A stretch of 64,000 bases of DNA from an uncultured Selenomonadaceae bacterium. Its GTDB lineage: Bacteria; Bacillota; Negativicutes; Selenomonadales; Selenomonadaceae. The notes beneath the pieces were generated by a model. That model did not search any database, was not told where the DNA came from, and worked only from the letters and a program-made list of their open reading frames with translations. The stretch spans positions 785 through 64,784 of the forward strand of contig CAJOGX010000005.1 in the NCBI GenBank assembly GCA_905234175.1, written 5' to 3'. Positions 46,037 to 54,424 of the stretch are shown one piece after another. Each line of letters begins with the position of its first letter. Position 1 is the stretch's first letter. The translations under genes were made by a program, and so were the position numbers.

Positions 46037-47383
46037 TTGATTCACAAATTCAAACAGGGCGCCGATTTTATTCTCCTAGACGTGGAGAGCGGCGCCGTTC
46101 ACATTGTTGACGAGCTGATTTCTGACATTCTCGAAACCTTCACCGGCACCAACGACGCCGAAGTTTTTGCCGCGCTCGAAAAAAAATATCCGCGCGAAGA
46201 AATTTCCGAGGCGCTTACCGAACTCCACGCGCTTATCGACGCGGGCGAACTTTTCACGCCGGATAACACCGTTCCGCCGACTTTCCACAGCTCCGGTATC
46301 GTCAAAAGCCTCTGCCTTATGGTCGCGCAGGACTGCAACCTCCGCTGCAAATATTGTTTCGGCGACGAAGGAACTTACGGGCACCGCGCCGTTATGAGCG
46401 AGGAAGTCGGGCGCGCCGCTGTAGATTTCCTGCTGAAAAATTCCAGCCTCCGCAAGCACTACGAAATTGACTTTTTCGGCGGCGAACCGCTGATAAATTT
46501 CCGCACCGTCAAAGCCGTCACTGAATACGTCCGCCAGCGCGAAGCCGAGACCGGCAAAATTTTCAAGCTCACGCTGACGACCAACGGCGTTTTGCTCGAC
46601 GATAAAAAAATCAGCTGGCTCAATGAAAACAATATTTCCGTCGTGCTGAGTCTTGACGGGCGGCAGGAAGTTCATGACGCGATGAGACCAGATATTTCCG
46701 GCGGCGGCAGTTATCAGCGCGTGGTGAAAAATTTCAAAAAGCTCGTCGACAGCCGCCACGACGAAAATTATTATATGCGCGGCACCTACACCAACCGCAA
46801 CCTTGACTTCGCCAGCGACGTGCTCAGTATGAACGACGCCGGCTTTAATATTTTGTCCGTGGAACCCGTCGTGCTGAAAGATTCGCCGCTCGCTTTGACT
46901 GAAAAAGATTTGCCGCGCATTTCCGCCGAGTACGACCGGCTGGCTGAAATTTACCTCGAACGCCAGCGCGAAGGGCGGGGCTTCAACTTTTTCCACTTCA
47001 ACGTTGACTTGAACAACGGCCCGTGTGTCGCGAAAAGGCTGGCTGGCTGCGGCGCCGGTCACGAATATTTTGCTGTGGCGGAAAATGGCGATTTGTACCC
47101 GTGTCATCAGTTCGTTGGGCGCGGCAAGTACCGGCTTGGAAATGTTTTTACCGGCGTCGACGAATCCGCTAAGCGCTGGACGAAGTATTTCCGCGAATCG
47201 CACATTCTAAATAAGCCGAAGTGCCAGAAATGCTGGGCGAAATATTTTTGCTCGGGCGGCTGCCACGCCAACGCTGACCTGTTCCACGGCGATATTCGCC
47301 AGCCCTACGACCTCGGCTGTGAAATTCAGAAAAAGCGCCTCGAAGCCGCGATTTACGTGCAGGCGAAACTTCTGGAGGAATGA
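46037..47383 (+). CDS. radical SAM/SPASM peptide maturase with an N-terminal RRE-like extension (SCIFF maturase ScfB/CteB-like)
   Basis: 448 aa with a TTG start. CNLRCKYC (CxxxCxxC) appears only at about aa 100. The SPASM Cys clusters are CVAKRLAGCGAG...YPCHQF...CQKCWAKYFCSGGCHANA. Confidence 0.8.
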   Translation: MIHKFKQGADFILLDVESGAVHIVDELISDILETFTGTNDAEVFAALEKKYPREEISEALTELHALIDAGELFTPDNTVPPTFHSSGIVKSLCLMVAQDCNLRCKYCFGDEGTYGHRAVMSEEVGRAAVDFLLKNSSLRKHYEIDFFGGEPLINFRTVKAVTEYVRQREAETGKIFKLTLTTNGVLLDDKKISWLNENNISVVLSLDGRQEVHDAMRPDISGGGSYQRVVKNFKKLVDSRHDENYYMRGTYTNRNLDFASDVLSMNDAGFNILSVEPVVLKDSPLALTEKDLPRISAEYDRLAEIYLERQREGRGFNFFHFNVDLNNGPCVAKRLAGCGAGHEYFAVAENGDLYPCHQFVGRGKYRLGNVFTGVDESAKRWTKYFRESHILNKPKCQKCWAKYFCSGGCHANADLFHGDIRQPYDLGCEIQKKRLEAAIYVQAKLLEE

Positions 47384-47694
47384 CCGTGGAAAAATTTTTA
47401 ATTCCGGCGGCGTATTTAGTTGCCGTCAACGTCATAACCTTCGCGCTGTTCGCCTACGACAAATACTGCGCGCAGCACGACAAATGGCGCATCCGTGAAA
47501 GCACGCTTTTATTCTGGGCGGCGATTGGCGGAGCGCTCGGCGCTGGTATCGCAATGGAAGTCTGCCACCACAAAACTCTGCACCTGAAATTTAAATACGG
47601 CGTCCCGTTTTTATTTTTCCTGCAGATTTTACTAATCGCGCTGGCTGTCACGAATCCTGGCGGCGTCGTAGAAAAAGTTTTAGGGAAATTTTGA
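47380..47694 (+). CDS. DUF1294 family membrane protein
   Basis: 104 aa with an ATGA overlap. FALFAYDKYCAQHDKWRIRESTLL...GGALGA is the family signature. Confidence 0.75.
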   Translation: MTVEKFLIPAAYLVAVNVITFALFAYDKYCAQHDKWRIRESTLLFWAAIGGALGAGIAMEVCHHKTLHLKFKYGVPFLFFLQILLIALAVTNPGGVVEKVLGKF

Positions 47695-47706
47695 GGAGGA
47701 CTCAAC

Positions 47707-49122
47707 TTGGACGGAAAAAGATTCGTGCCGAAAGTTTTGCTTTGCGGGGACAGGGAAGAATTTTACTCGGTGATAGGAGAATTGCCGTGCAAAATCGTGG
47801 GGCAGGCGGCGTTCACCGGCGTGGGATTTAATTTTCTGCAGGACGGGAAATTCGCGCTGGACGGGGAAGTAAAGCCGACGGTGGAACTGGCGCAAATGCT
47901 CCGCAGCGAGGCGGTAGATTATCTGGTTTTCACGAACTTGCAGGAATGGTTCGCGCTGGTGTACCGCGACGATTTAGTCAGAGTCGGGTGCCCGCGGGCG
48001 CAGGTTATCACGGCAAGGCAGCTGAAACTTCGGCCGCCGGAAAATTTCTTCGACGTGGATGCGGACGTTCAACTGCTGACTTTTTTGCGAACGACGCCGT
48101 TTAAGCGGGTGCTGGACTTCAACGCGCATTTCATGAAGGGGCAGCTGTTCACGCGCGGGGTTCAAAACGACGTGACGGAATTTGACTGCATTTACGACGG
48201 CGAATTTGTGCCGATAAAGGAAAATCTTTATAACCGCGTGTACAAAAAATTTTCGGATTGCGCGTTCCGGCACTACGACGCGGCGCTGGTCTTCGAGGAC
48301 GTGCCGATAGATTTCGACAGCGTATTTTTTATGCTGGAAAACGTGGCGGACGTGGTGATAACTTTCGCGAAGTTCGGGGCGCCGCTCAAGAGACATCTGC
48401 AAATGACACTGAACAACTACGCGAAAATCGACGGACTGTCGAGTTATTCTGGCGAGTGGCTGATTTGTTACCGCAGGACGCCGCCGACGGATTTTGCGAT
48501 TTACGTTGCGACGCACAAACATTTGCCGCCGGAGCACGTCGCTAAAATTCCGAGCGGCTACAGGCTGATTCATTCCGGCAGGGCAATTTCTCCGGATTTG
48601 GGTTACCCTGGCGACAATATCGGCGACAATATCAGCGCGCTCAACACGTACATAAACGAGAACACGGCGATTTACTGGATGTGGAAAAATATTTCGCACA
48701 GCGTGATTGGGCTGGCGCATTACCGCAGATTTTTCACGGAGGACGGCGACGCTAATTTTGCGTATGAAAAAATTTTGACGCAGGAGGCGGCGCTGAAACT
48801 TTTGGATCGCTACGATATACTGGTACCGCCGATGTACGACAAAATGACGCAGGCGGAAAATTTCCAGGCGTATTGCGGCGCAGATATTGCGAAATTCGCG
48901 CTGGCGGTCGTGCGGAAAAAAATCGCGCAGTTCCAGCCGGATTACCTTGACGCGTTCGATTTCGTAATGGATTCGGCGATGTTTTACAACTGCAACATGT
49001 TCGTGACGCGGCGCTATGTTTTCAACGCATACTGCACGTGGCTGTTTTCGTTTTTCCTGGACGCGACGCGGGAAATTCTTGCGACGACGCCGCTGCCGGT
49101 AATTCAAGGCTACCCGAAATGA
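47707..49122 (+). CDS. two-domain protein: unknown N-terminal ~255 aa + DUF4422 (glycosyltransferase-like) domain, ended by an in-frame TGA
   Basis: TTG start. IYVATHKH...DNISALNTYINENTAIYWMWKN...IGLAHYRRFF resembles DUF4422. Family-like sequence continues in the same frame beyond the TGA at 49120. Confidence 0.7.
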   Translation: MDGKRFVPKVLLCGDREEFYSVIGELPCKIVGQAAFTGVGFNFLQDGKFALDGEVKPTVELAQMLRSEAVDYLVFTNLQEWFALVYRDDLVRVGCPRAQVITARQLKLRPPENFFDVDADVQLLTFLRTTPFKRVLDFNAHFMKGQLFTRGVQNDVTEFDCIYDGEFVPIKENLYNRVYKKFSDCAFRHYDAALVFEDVPIDFDSVFFMLENVADVVITFAKFGAPLKRHLQMTLNNYAKIDGLSSYSGEWLICYRRTPPTDFAIYVATHKHLPPEHVAKIPSGYRLIHSGRAISPDLGYPGDNIGDNISALNTYINENTAIYWMWKNISHSVIGLAHYRRFFTEDGDANFAYEKILTQEAALKLLDRYDILVPPMYDKMTQAENFQAYCGADIAKFALAVVRKKIAQFQPDYLDAFDFVMDSAMFYNCNMFVTRRYVFNAYCTWLFSFFLDATREILATTPLPVIQGYPK

Positions 49123-49158
49123 CTGATGTCATTTTTCGCGGAAAGAATGATGACAGTC
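49121..49158 (+). other. stem-loop starting within the in-frame TGA codon
   Basis: gactgatgtcatt / aatgatgacagtc forms 13 positions: 10 Watson-Crick pairs, 2 G-U pairs and 1 mismatch. The loop is 12 nt and no T-run follows. Confidence 0.5.
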
Positions 49159-49221
49159 TGGCTGGTAAAAAATCATTTGTGTGTTAAAGAGATTAACAAA
49201 ATGATTGTACCCAACCTCTAA
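49123..49221 (+). other. in-frame continuation of the DUF4422 ORF past the TGA (32 codons, LMSFFAERMMTVWLVKNH...)
   Basis: It is in the same frame as 47707-49122. (F)FAERMMTVWL resembles the conserved GFLxERLLxxWL C-terminal motif of the family. It ends at the TAA at 49219-49221. Confidence 0.55.
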
Positions 49222-49242
49222 AAATTTTTAGGAGCTGACTTT

Positions 49243-51150
49243 ATGGCTGAAGAAAAAATCCTGACGGGCGACGAAGTTCTGAAAAAATATGACACGGAAT
49301 CGAACACAATGGAATATCGCGGCGTCATGGCGAAAATCGTCTCGGCGCTGGCGATAACTTTCTCAGTCTTTCAAATTTACACGGCGGCTTTCGGGGTGCT
49401 GGACGCGCAACTCCAGCGGGCGGTGCATTTAGGTTTCGGCTTAGCGCTGGTGTATCTGCTGTACCCTGCGCGAAAATCCTGGCGGAGGGACAGACTTCAC
49501 CCGCTCGACGCGCTTTGTGCAGTTTTGGGCGCGGCGGCTCCTGCGTATATCGTGATTTTCTACCGCGAATTAGTTTTGCGTTCCGCGCTGCCGACGCCGA
49601 CGGACACGCTGGTTGGCGCGGTCGGAATTTTGCTGGTAATCGAAGCGGCGCGGCGCGTGGTAGGAATCCCGATGGTCTGCGTAGTTTTGCTTTTCATTTC
49701 GTACGCGTTTCTGGGGTCGTACATGCCAGGCTTTCTTGCGCACCGAGGCTTAACGATTGACCAGTTCGTCAGCCACGTTTTCTTCACGACGGAAGGAATT
49801 TTCGGGATACCGCTGGGCGTCTCGTCGACTTTTATTTTCCTGTTCATACTTTTCGGCGCGTATCTGGAAGGGACGGGTCTGGGAAAATTTTTTATCGACG
49901 TGGCGAACGCGATAGCTGGCTGGGCGAGCGGCGGGCCTGCGAAAGTTGCGGTACTTTCCAGCGGCTTAATGGGAACTGTCTCCGGCAGCTCGGTTGCGAA
50001 CGTGGTAGGCACGGGCTCGCTGACGATACCAATGATGAAAAAGCTGGGCTACCACAAAAATTTCGCGGGCGCAGTAGAAGCGGCGGCGTCCACGGGCGGG
50101 CAGCTCATGCCACCGGTAATGGGCGCGGCGGCGTTTCTTATGACGGAATTTGTCGGCGTGCCGTATATCGAAATCGTGCAGGCGGCGCTGATACCGGCGT
50201 TTTTGTATTTTATCGGCGTGTGGCTGGGCGTGCACTTCGAGGCTAAGCGCAACAACTTGAAAGGAATACCGCGCGAGGAGCTGCCAAAGTTCTGGGAAAT
50301 CCTGCGCGAACGCGGACACCTGGCGATACCGCTGGTCGTTATCGTCTACCTGCTGGTCAGCGGCTATACGCCAATGCGCTCGGCGCTCTACGCGATAATT
50401 TTATCGATTCTGGTTTCCGCAATAAAAAAATCCACGCGGATGACTCCGGCGGAAATCGTGAAAGGATTGGAAAACGGCGCGCAGAATGTTTTGGGCGTGC
50501 TGATAGCGTGCGCGGCGGCGGGAATAATAATCGGCGTCGTGACGAAAACGGGCGTGGGCTTGAAACTGGCGTCGGGCTTGCTGCAACTTTCCGGCGGAAT
50601 GCTGCTGCCGAGCATGTTCTTCACGATGATCACGGCGATAATTCTGGGAATGGGCGTGCCGACGACGGCGAACTACGTCATAACGTCAACGATAGCGGCG
50701 CCGGCGCTTTTAATGCTGGGCGTACCCTTTCTGGCGGCGCACATGTTCGTTTTTTATTTCGGAATAATCGCGGACGTGACGCCTCCGGTCGCGCTGGCGG
50801 CGTACGCGGGCGCAGGAATTTCGGGAGGAAATGCGCTGAAAACCGGCGTCAACGCGTCGAAACTGGCAATCGCGGCGTTCATAATCCCGTACATGTTCGT
50901 TTTAAATCCGGAACTGCTGCTGATTTACGGCGTGACGTGGAATTTAGCGCTGGCGCTGTTGACGGCGATTGTCGGAATGGTCGCGCTGAGCTCCTCGCTG
51001 ATAGGATTTTTGGCGGCGCCAATGAAACCGCTCGAACGGCTGATTTTGGGCGCGGGCGGATTGATGATGATAAATCCAGGCTTGCTGACGGACATTGCGG
51101 GCGTGGCGATTTTCGCGGCGGTTTTGTTTTTGCAGCTCAGGCGGCGCTGA
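49243..51150 (+). CDS. TRAP-type transporter, fused permease subunit (TAXI-associated type)
   Basis: 635 aa with about 16-18 TM helices and RBS AGGAG. The Gly/Ala-rich DctM-like repeats include SGSSVANVVGTGSLTIPMMKK. No binding-protein gene is adjacent. Confidence 0.82.
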   Translation: MAEEKILTGDEVLKKYDTESNTMEYRGVMAKIVSALAITFSVFQIYTAAFGVLDAQLQRAVHLGFGLALVYLLYPARKSWRRDRLHPLDALCAVLGAAAPAYIVIFYRELVLRSALPTPTDTLVGAVGILLVIEAARRVVGIPMVCVVLLFISYAFLGSYMPGFLAHRGLTIDQFVSHVFFTTEGIFGIPLGVSSTFIFLFILFGAYLEGTGLGKFFIDVANAIAGWASGGPAKVAVLSSGLMGTVSGSSVANVVGTGSLTIPMMKKLGYHKNFAGAVEAAASTGGQLMPPVMGAAAFLMTEFVGVPYIEIVQAALIPAFLYFIGVWLGVHFEAKRNNLKGIPREELPKFWEILRERGHLAIPLVVIVYLLVSGYTPMRSALYAIILSILVSAIKKSTRMTPAEIVKGLENGAQNVLGVLIACAAAGIIIGVVTKTGVGLKLASGLLQLSGGMLLPSMFFTMITAIILGMGVPTTANYVITSTIAAPALLMLGVPFLAAHMFVFYFGIIADVTPPVALAAYAGAGISGGNALKTGVNASKLAIAAFIIPYMFVLNPELLLIYGVTWNLALALLTAIVGMVALSSSLIGFLAAPMKPLERLILGAGGLMMINPGLLTDIAGVAIFAAVLFLQLRRR

Positions 51151-51152
51151 AT

Positions 51153-51935
51153 TTACAAGTGCCCGTTGAGAATCAGACGTTCCGAAAAGCCGCTGGCGTA
51201 GCGGAAAATTTTAGCTTCGCGGTCGAAAACCGGCTCGGCGGCGTGAATAATCCTGTGGTGGTTCGGACAGAGAATTATCAGATTGCTGGCGTCGTTGTTG
51301 AGAGTGTGGACGAAAAAATTTATGTGGTGGCACTCAGCGACTTCGACGCCGTAAAGTTTTCTGAAATTCTGCCCGCAAATCTGGCAGCGGAAATTGTAAA
51401 ATTTTTTCAGTTCGTCGCCGATACTGCAATTGAGCTGGCGAATTTTTTTAAGCCGGAACTTTTCAACCAGCGCGGCGCTCTCGTCACATTCCAGCAGATG
51501 TTCCACGAAAACTTCGTCGAGACTTTCGACGGCAGCGGAAATTTCGGCGTTGAAAATCGGCTCGACGCAAAAAATATCTGGCGTGTCGGTTGCATAGAGC
51601 ACAAAATATTCGCGTTCGGTTTCCGGCAGCTTGAAATTGGCGGCACGGCTCCGCGCGAAAATCTCAGCGAACTTTTGAGCGATTGGACTTTTCTCGCTGT
51701 AAATAATCTGCCATATGTCGCTATGGTCAGGGAATTTGTTTCTGTCGAAGTTCACGCTGGTCAAAGTTGCGTCAAAAGTTTCGCCATCCAGAATAATTTT
51801 GACAGCGCGCCTTTCGCCGTGAGCCAAAGTTCTGCCGCCCAAATAAGCTGAAAGCACCGGCATAGCCGCGACGGGAACTGCGAAGCCGCGATTGAACAGT
51901 GACGCGGTAATTTCTTTTTTCAGCAGGAAATTCAT
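51153..51935 (-). CDS. HNH endonuclease with an unknown ~150-aa N-terminal domain
   Basis: 260 aa. The C-terminal CQICGQNF...ECHHINFF...NLIILCPNHHRIIH is a CxxC...HH...N...CxxHH HNH/zinc module. The ATGA overlaps the hisD stop. Confidence 0.8.
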   Translation of the reverse strand: MNFLLKKEITASLFNRGFAVPVAAMPVLSAYLGGRTLAHGERRAVKIILDGETFDATLTSVNFDRNKFPDHSDIWQIIYSEKSPIAQKFAEIFARSRAANFKLPETEREYFVLYATDTPDIFCVEPIFNAEISAAVESLDEVFVEHLLECDESAALVEKFRLKKIRQLNCSIGDELKKFYNFRCQICGQNFRKLYGVEVAECHHINFFVHTLNNDASNLIILCPNHHRIIHAAEPVFDREAKIFRYASGFSERLILNGHL

Positions 51936-53266
51936 TGGCGTTTACGAATTGCCTCGGCGTGGGCGCTCAGACCTTCGGCGTTGGCGAGGCGGATAATATC
52001 TTCAGCAACTTTGAGCAAATCTGCGCGCGTGTAAGAAGTCAGGCTGGTGCGCTTGAGGAAAGTTTCGACGTTGAGCACGGAAAAAAATCTGGCAGTTCCG
52101 CCGGTCGGTAAAACGTGGTTGGGACCGGCAAAATAATCGCCGAGCGGTTCGGGAGAGTAAGCGCCGAGGAAAACCGCTCCGGCATTTTTTATTTTCGGCA
52201 AAAGATTGAACGGCGCCGCGGTTAAAAGTTCCAGATGTTCCGGCGCCGAAATATTTGCGAAGTCAACCGCCTCGTTCAAGTCCAGCGCGACGATAATCAG
52301 ACCGTTGGAGTCAATCGACGCGGCGGCAATTTCCCTGCGCGGAAGTTTCGCCAGCTGAATTTCGACTTCGGCGGCAACTTTTTCAGCAAGATTTTTGTCG
52401 GTCGTTATGACGATACTGCAGGCAAGCGGGTCGTGCTCCGCCTGGCTGAGCATATCGGCGGCGGCGTAAACGGGATTGGCGGTCTCGTCAGCGATAATCA
52501 GAATTTCGCTGGGGCCTGCCAACATGTCAATATCGCAGTGCCCGAAAACTTCTTTCTTAGCGAGCGTCACGAAAATATTTCCAGGCCCCGTGATTTTGCT
52601 GACGCGAGGAATCGTTTCCGTACCGAAAGCCATCGCCGCAATCGCCTGCGCGCCGCCAATTTTGTAAATTTTATCCGCGCCCGCAATTTTCGCCGCAACC
52701 AGCACGTAAGGATTAATCGCGCCGTTTTTAGCCGGAACGCACATGATAATTTCTCCGACGCCCGCGACTTTCGCAGGAATGACGTTCATCAAAACGCTGG
52801 AAGGATACGCCGCCAGCCCGCCAGGCACGTACACGCCGACGCGTTCGAGCGGAATGACAGCCTGTCCGAGAATGGAATTTTCGCCGCGATAAGTCAGCCA
52901 GGATTTTGGAAGCTGTTCGACGTGGTAGCTGCGGATATTTTCAGCCGCGCGCCGGAGTGCGTCAACAATTTTTGAATCGGCGGCGGTTTCAGCGGCGGCA
53001 GTTTCCTCAGCGGTTACGAGGAAATTTTCAGCGGAAATGTCCGCACCGTCAAACTTTTTCGTGTAGTCGATAACGGCGGCGTCACCGTGTTTGCGAACGT
53101 CGCCGACGATTTTGCGCACGAGTTCAGCGGCGGTAAGGTCTGCGCCGAAAATTTTTCTGTTAGCCTCGCGAATTTTTTCCGGCAGTTCAATTTCGTCGAA
53201 AGATTTTTTAGAAAGGCGCCGTTCAATTTCGTCGCGCGGGATTTGTGAACTGTCAAAGATTCTCAT
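51932..53266 (-). CDS. hisD: histidinol dehydrogenase
   Basis: 444 aa. [26 protein letters not shown] and [13 protein letters not shown] motifs. Confidence 0.94.
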   Translation of the reverse strand: MRIFDSSQIPRDEIERRLSKKSFDEIELPEKIREANRKIFGADLTAAELVRKIVGDVRKHGDAAVIDYTKKFDGADISAENFLVTAEETAAAETAADSKIVDALRRAAENIRSYHVEQLPKSWLTYRGENSILGQAVIPLERVGVYVPGGLAAYPSSVLMNVIPAKVAGVGEIIMCVPAKNGAINPYVLVAAKIAGADKIYKIGGAQAIAAMAFGTETIPRVSKITGPGNIFVTLAKKEVFGHCDIDMLAGPSEILIIADETANPVYAAADMLSQAEHDPLACSIVITTDKNLAEKVAAEVEIQLAKLPRREIAAASIDSNGLIIVALDLNEAVDFANISAPEHLELLTAAPFNLLPKIKNAGAVFLGAYSPEPLGDYFAGPNHVLPTGGTARFFSVLNVETFLKRTSLTSYTRADLLKVAEDIIRLANAEGLSAHAEAIRKRQ

Positions 53267-53898
53267 AAAAATTTCTCCAATTTGTTGACGAGATTATTAA
53301 TGCGGTCGAACTTGAGCCTGTAGCTGACGCGGTTTGCGATAAGGCGGGCGGTGGCGTCGCAGATGTGCGCAAATTCCTCAAGATTATTTTCGCGCAGCGT
53401 CGTGCCGGTCTCAACGATGTCGACGATACTTTCGCTCAAGCCGATAATTGGACCGAGCTCGATTGAGCCGTTGAGCTTGATGTATTCCATTTGCATACCG
53501 CGTTCGGCGAAAAATTTCTCAGCGATTCGCGGAAACTTGGTGGCAACGCGCGTGTGAGCGTAATCCTCAAGGCGGGCGCGTTTTTTATCTTTCGGAACCG
53601 CCATCATCAGATGACATTTGCCGAAGCCCAAATCCAGAAGTTCGTAAACGTCCCTGCCGGATTCGTCGATAACGTCCTTGCCGATAACGCCAATGTCGGC
53701 GGCGCCGTATTCGACGTAGGTGGGCACGTCGGCGGTCTTCGTGATGATAAATTTGAGCCGCGCGGCGTCGTTGGTTATGACGAGCTTGCGGGATTTTTCG
53801 TGAAGGCCGTCAGCCGTCCAGCCGATTTTGCTGAAAAGTTCCGTCGATAAGCCGAAAAGTTTGCCCTTAGGCAGGGCGATAGTTATAAAATCGTTCAT
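53263..53898 (-). CDS. hisG: ATP phosphoribosyltransferase, short form
   Basis: 211 aa. ALPKGKL, DVPTYVEYGAADIGVIGKD and VETGTTLRENNL. The short form fits the presence of hisZ. Confidence 0.93.
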   Translation of the reverse strand: MNDFITIALPKGKLFGLSTELFSKIGWTADGLHEKSRKLVITNDAARLKFIITKTADVPTYVEYGAADIGVIGKDVIDESGRDVYELLDLGFGKCHLMMAVPKDKKRARLEDYAHTRVATKFPRIAEKFFAERGMQMEYIKLNGSIELGPIIGLSESIVDIVETGTTLRENNLEEFAHICDATARLIANRVSYRLKFDRINNLVNKLEKFL

Positions 53899-53911
53899 GA
53901 TAACTCCTTTG

Positions 53912-54424
53912 CTAATTTTCGTCGTCAGCCATACGCAAAAGTTTCAGTTCGCGTGAATCGTCGTCCCGTGGCGGAGAGTGGTGCCGCGCGATAACTTTAG
54001 CCTCCTCGAAAAGTCCGAGCCGCTGAAGTTTCTGCGCACCAAGTTCAGCGTGGTTGCGGTAAATGTAAATCGAGCGGTCGCCTTTAAGTTCGAGTTCGTC
54101 AGCAAGTTTCGGCGCGAAAGTTGTAACAAGCACGGTGAAAATTTTCTTGCGAATCGTGAGCTTGTAATCCGCCTTGCCAATGTCGTGCAGGAGCGCGCAG
54201 CGTATCAGAAATTCGCGGTCGATACCCTGTTTGCCTTCGATGACGAGCCGCTCAATCGTGTAAGCGACGTGCAGGCTGTGATACTGGTCAGTTTCCTGCA
54301 GCGCGAAAAAAAGTTTCTGTTCCTGCGCGTCCAGGTGCTCCATGACATATTTTTCGTCGTCAACCGAAATTTCAGCGGTCAGCGCGCGGAAAAATTGTTT
54401 CACGCGTTTAAAAATCCAGCTCAT
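53912..54424 (-). CDS. HD-domain protein embedded in the his operon
   Basis: 170 aa. H..H at YHSLHVAY, LLHDIGK (HD motif) and a downstream RHH. The ATGA overlaps the hisZ stop. It lies 13 nt upstream of hisG. Confidence 0.7.
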   Translation of the reverse strand: MSWIFKRVKQFFRALTAEISVDDEKYVMEHLDAQEQKLFFALQETDQYHSLHVAYTIERLVIEGKQGIDREFLIRCALLHDIGKADYKLTIRKKIFTVLVTTFAPKLADELELKGDRSIYIYRNHAELGAQKLQRLGLFEEAKVIARHHSPPRDDDSRELKLLRMADDEN

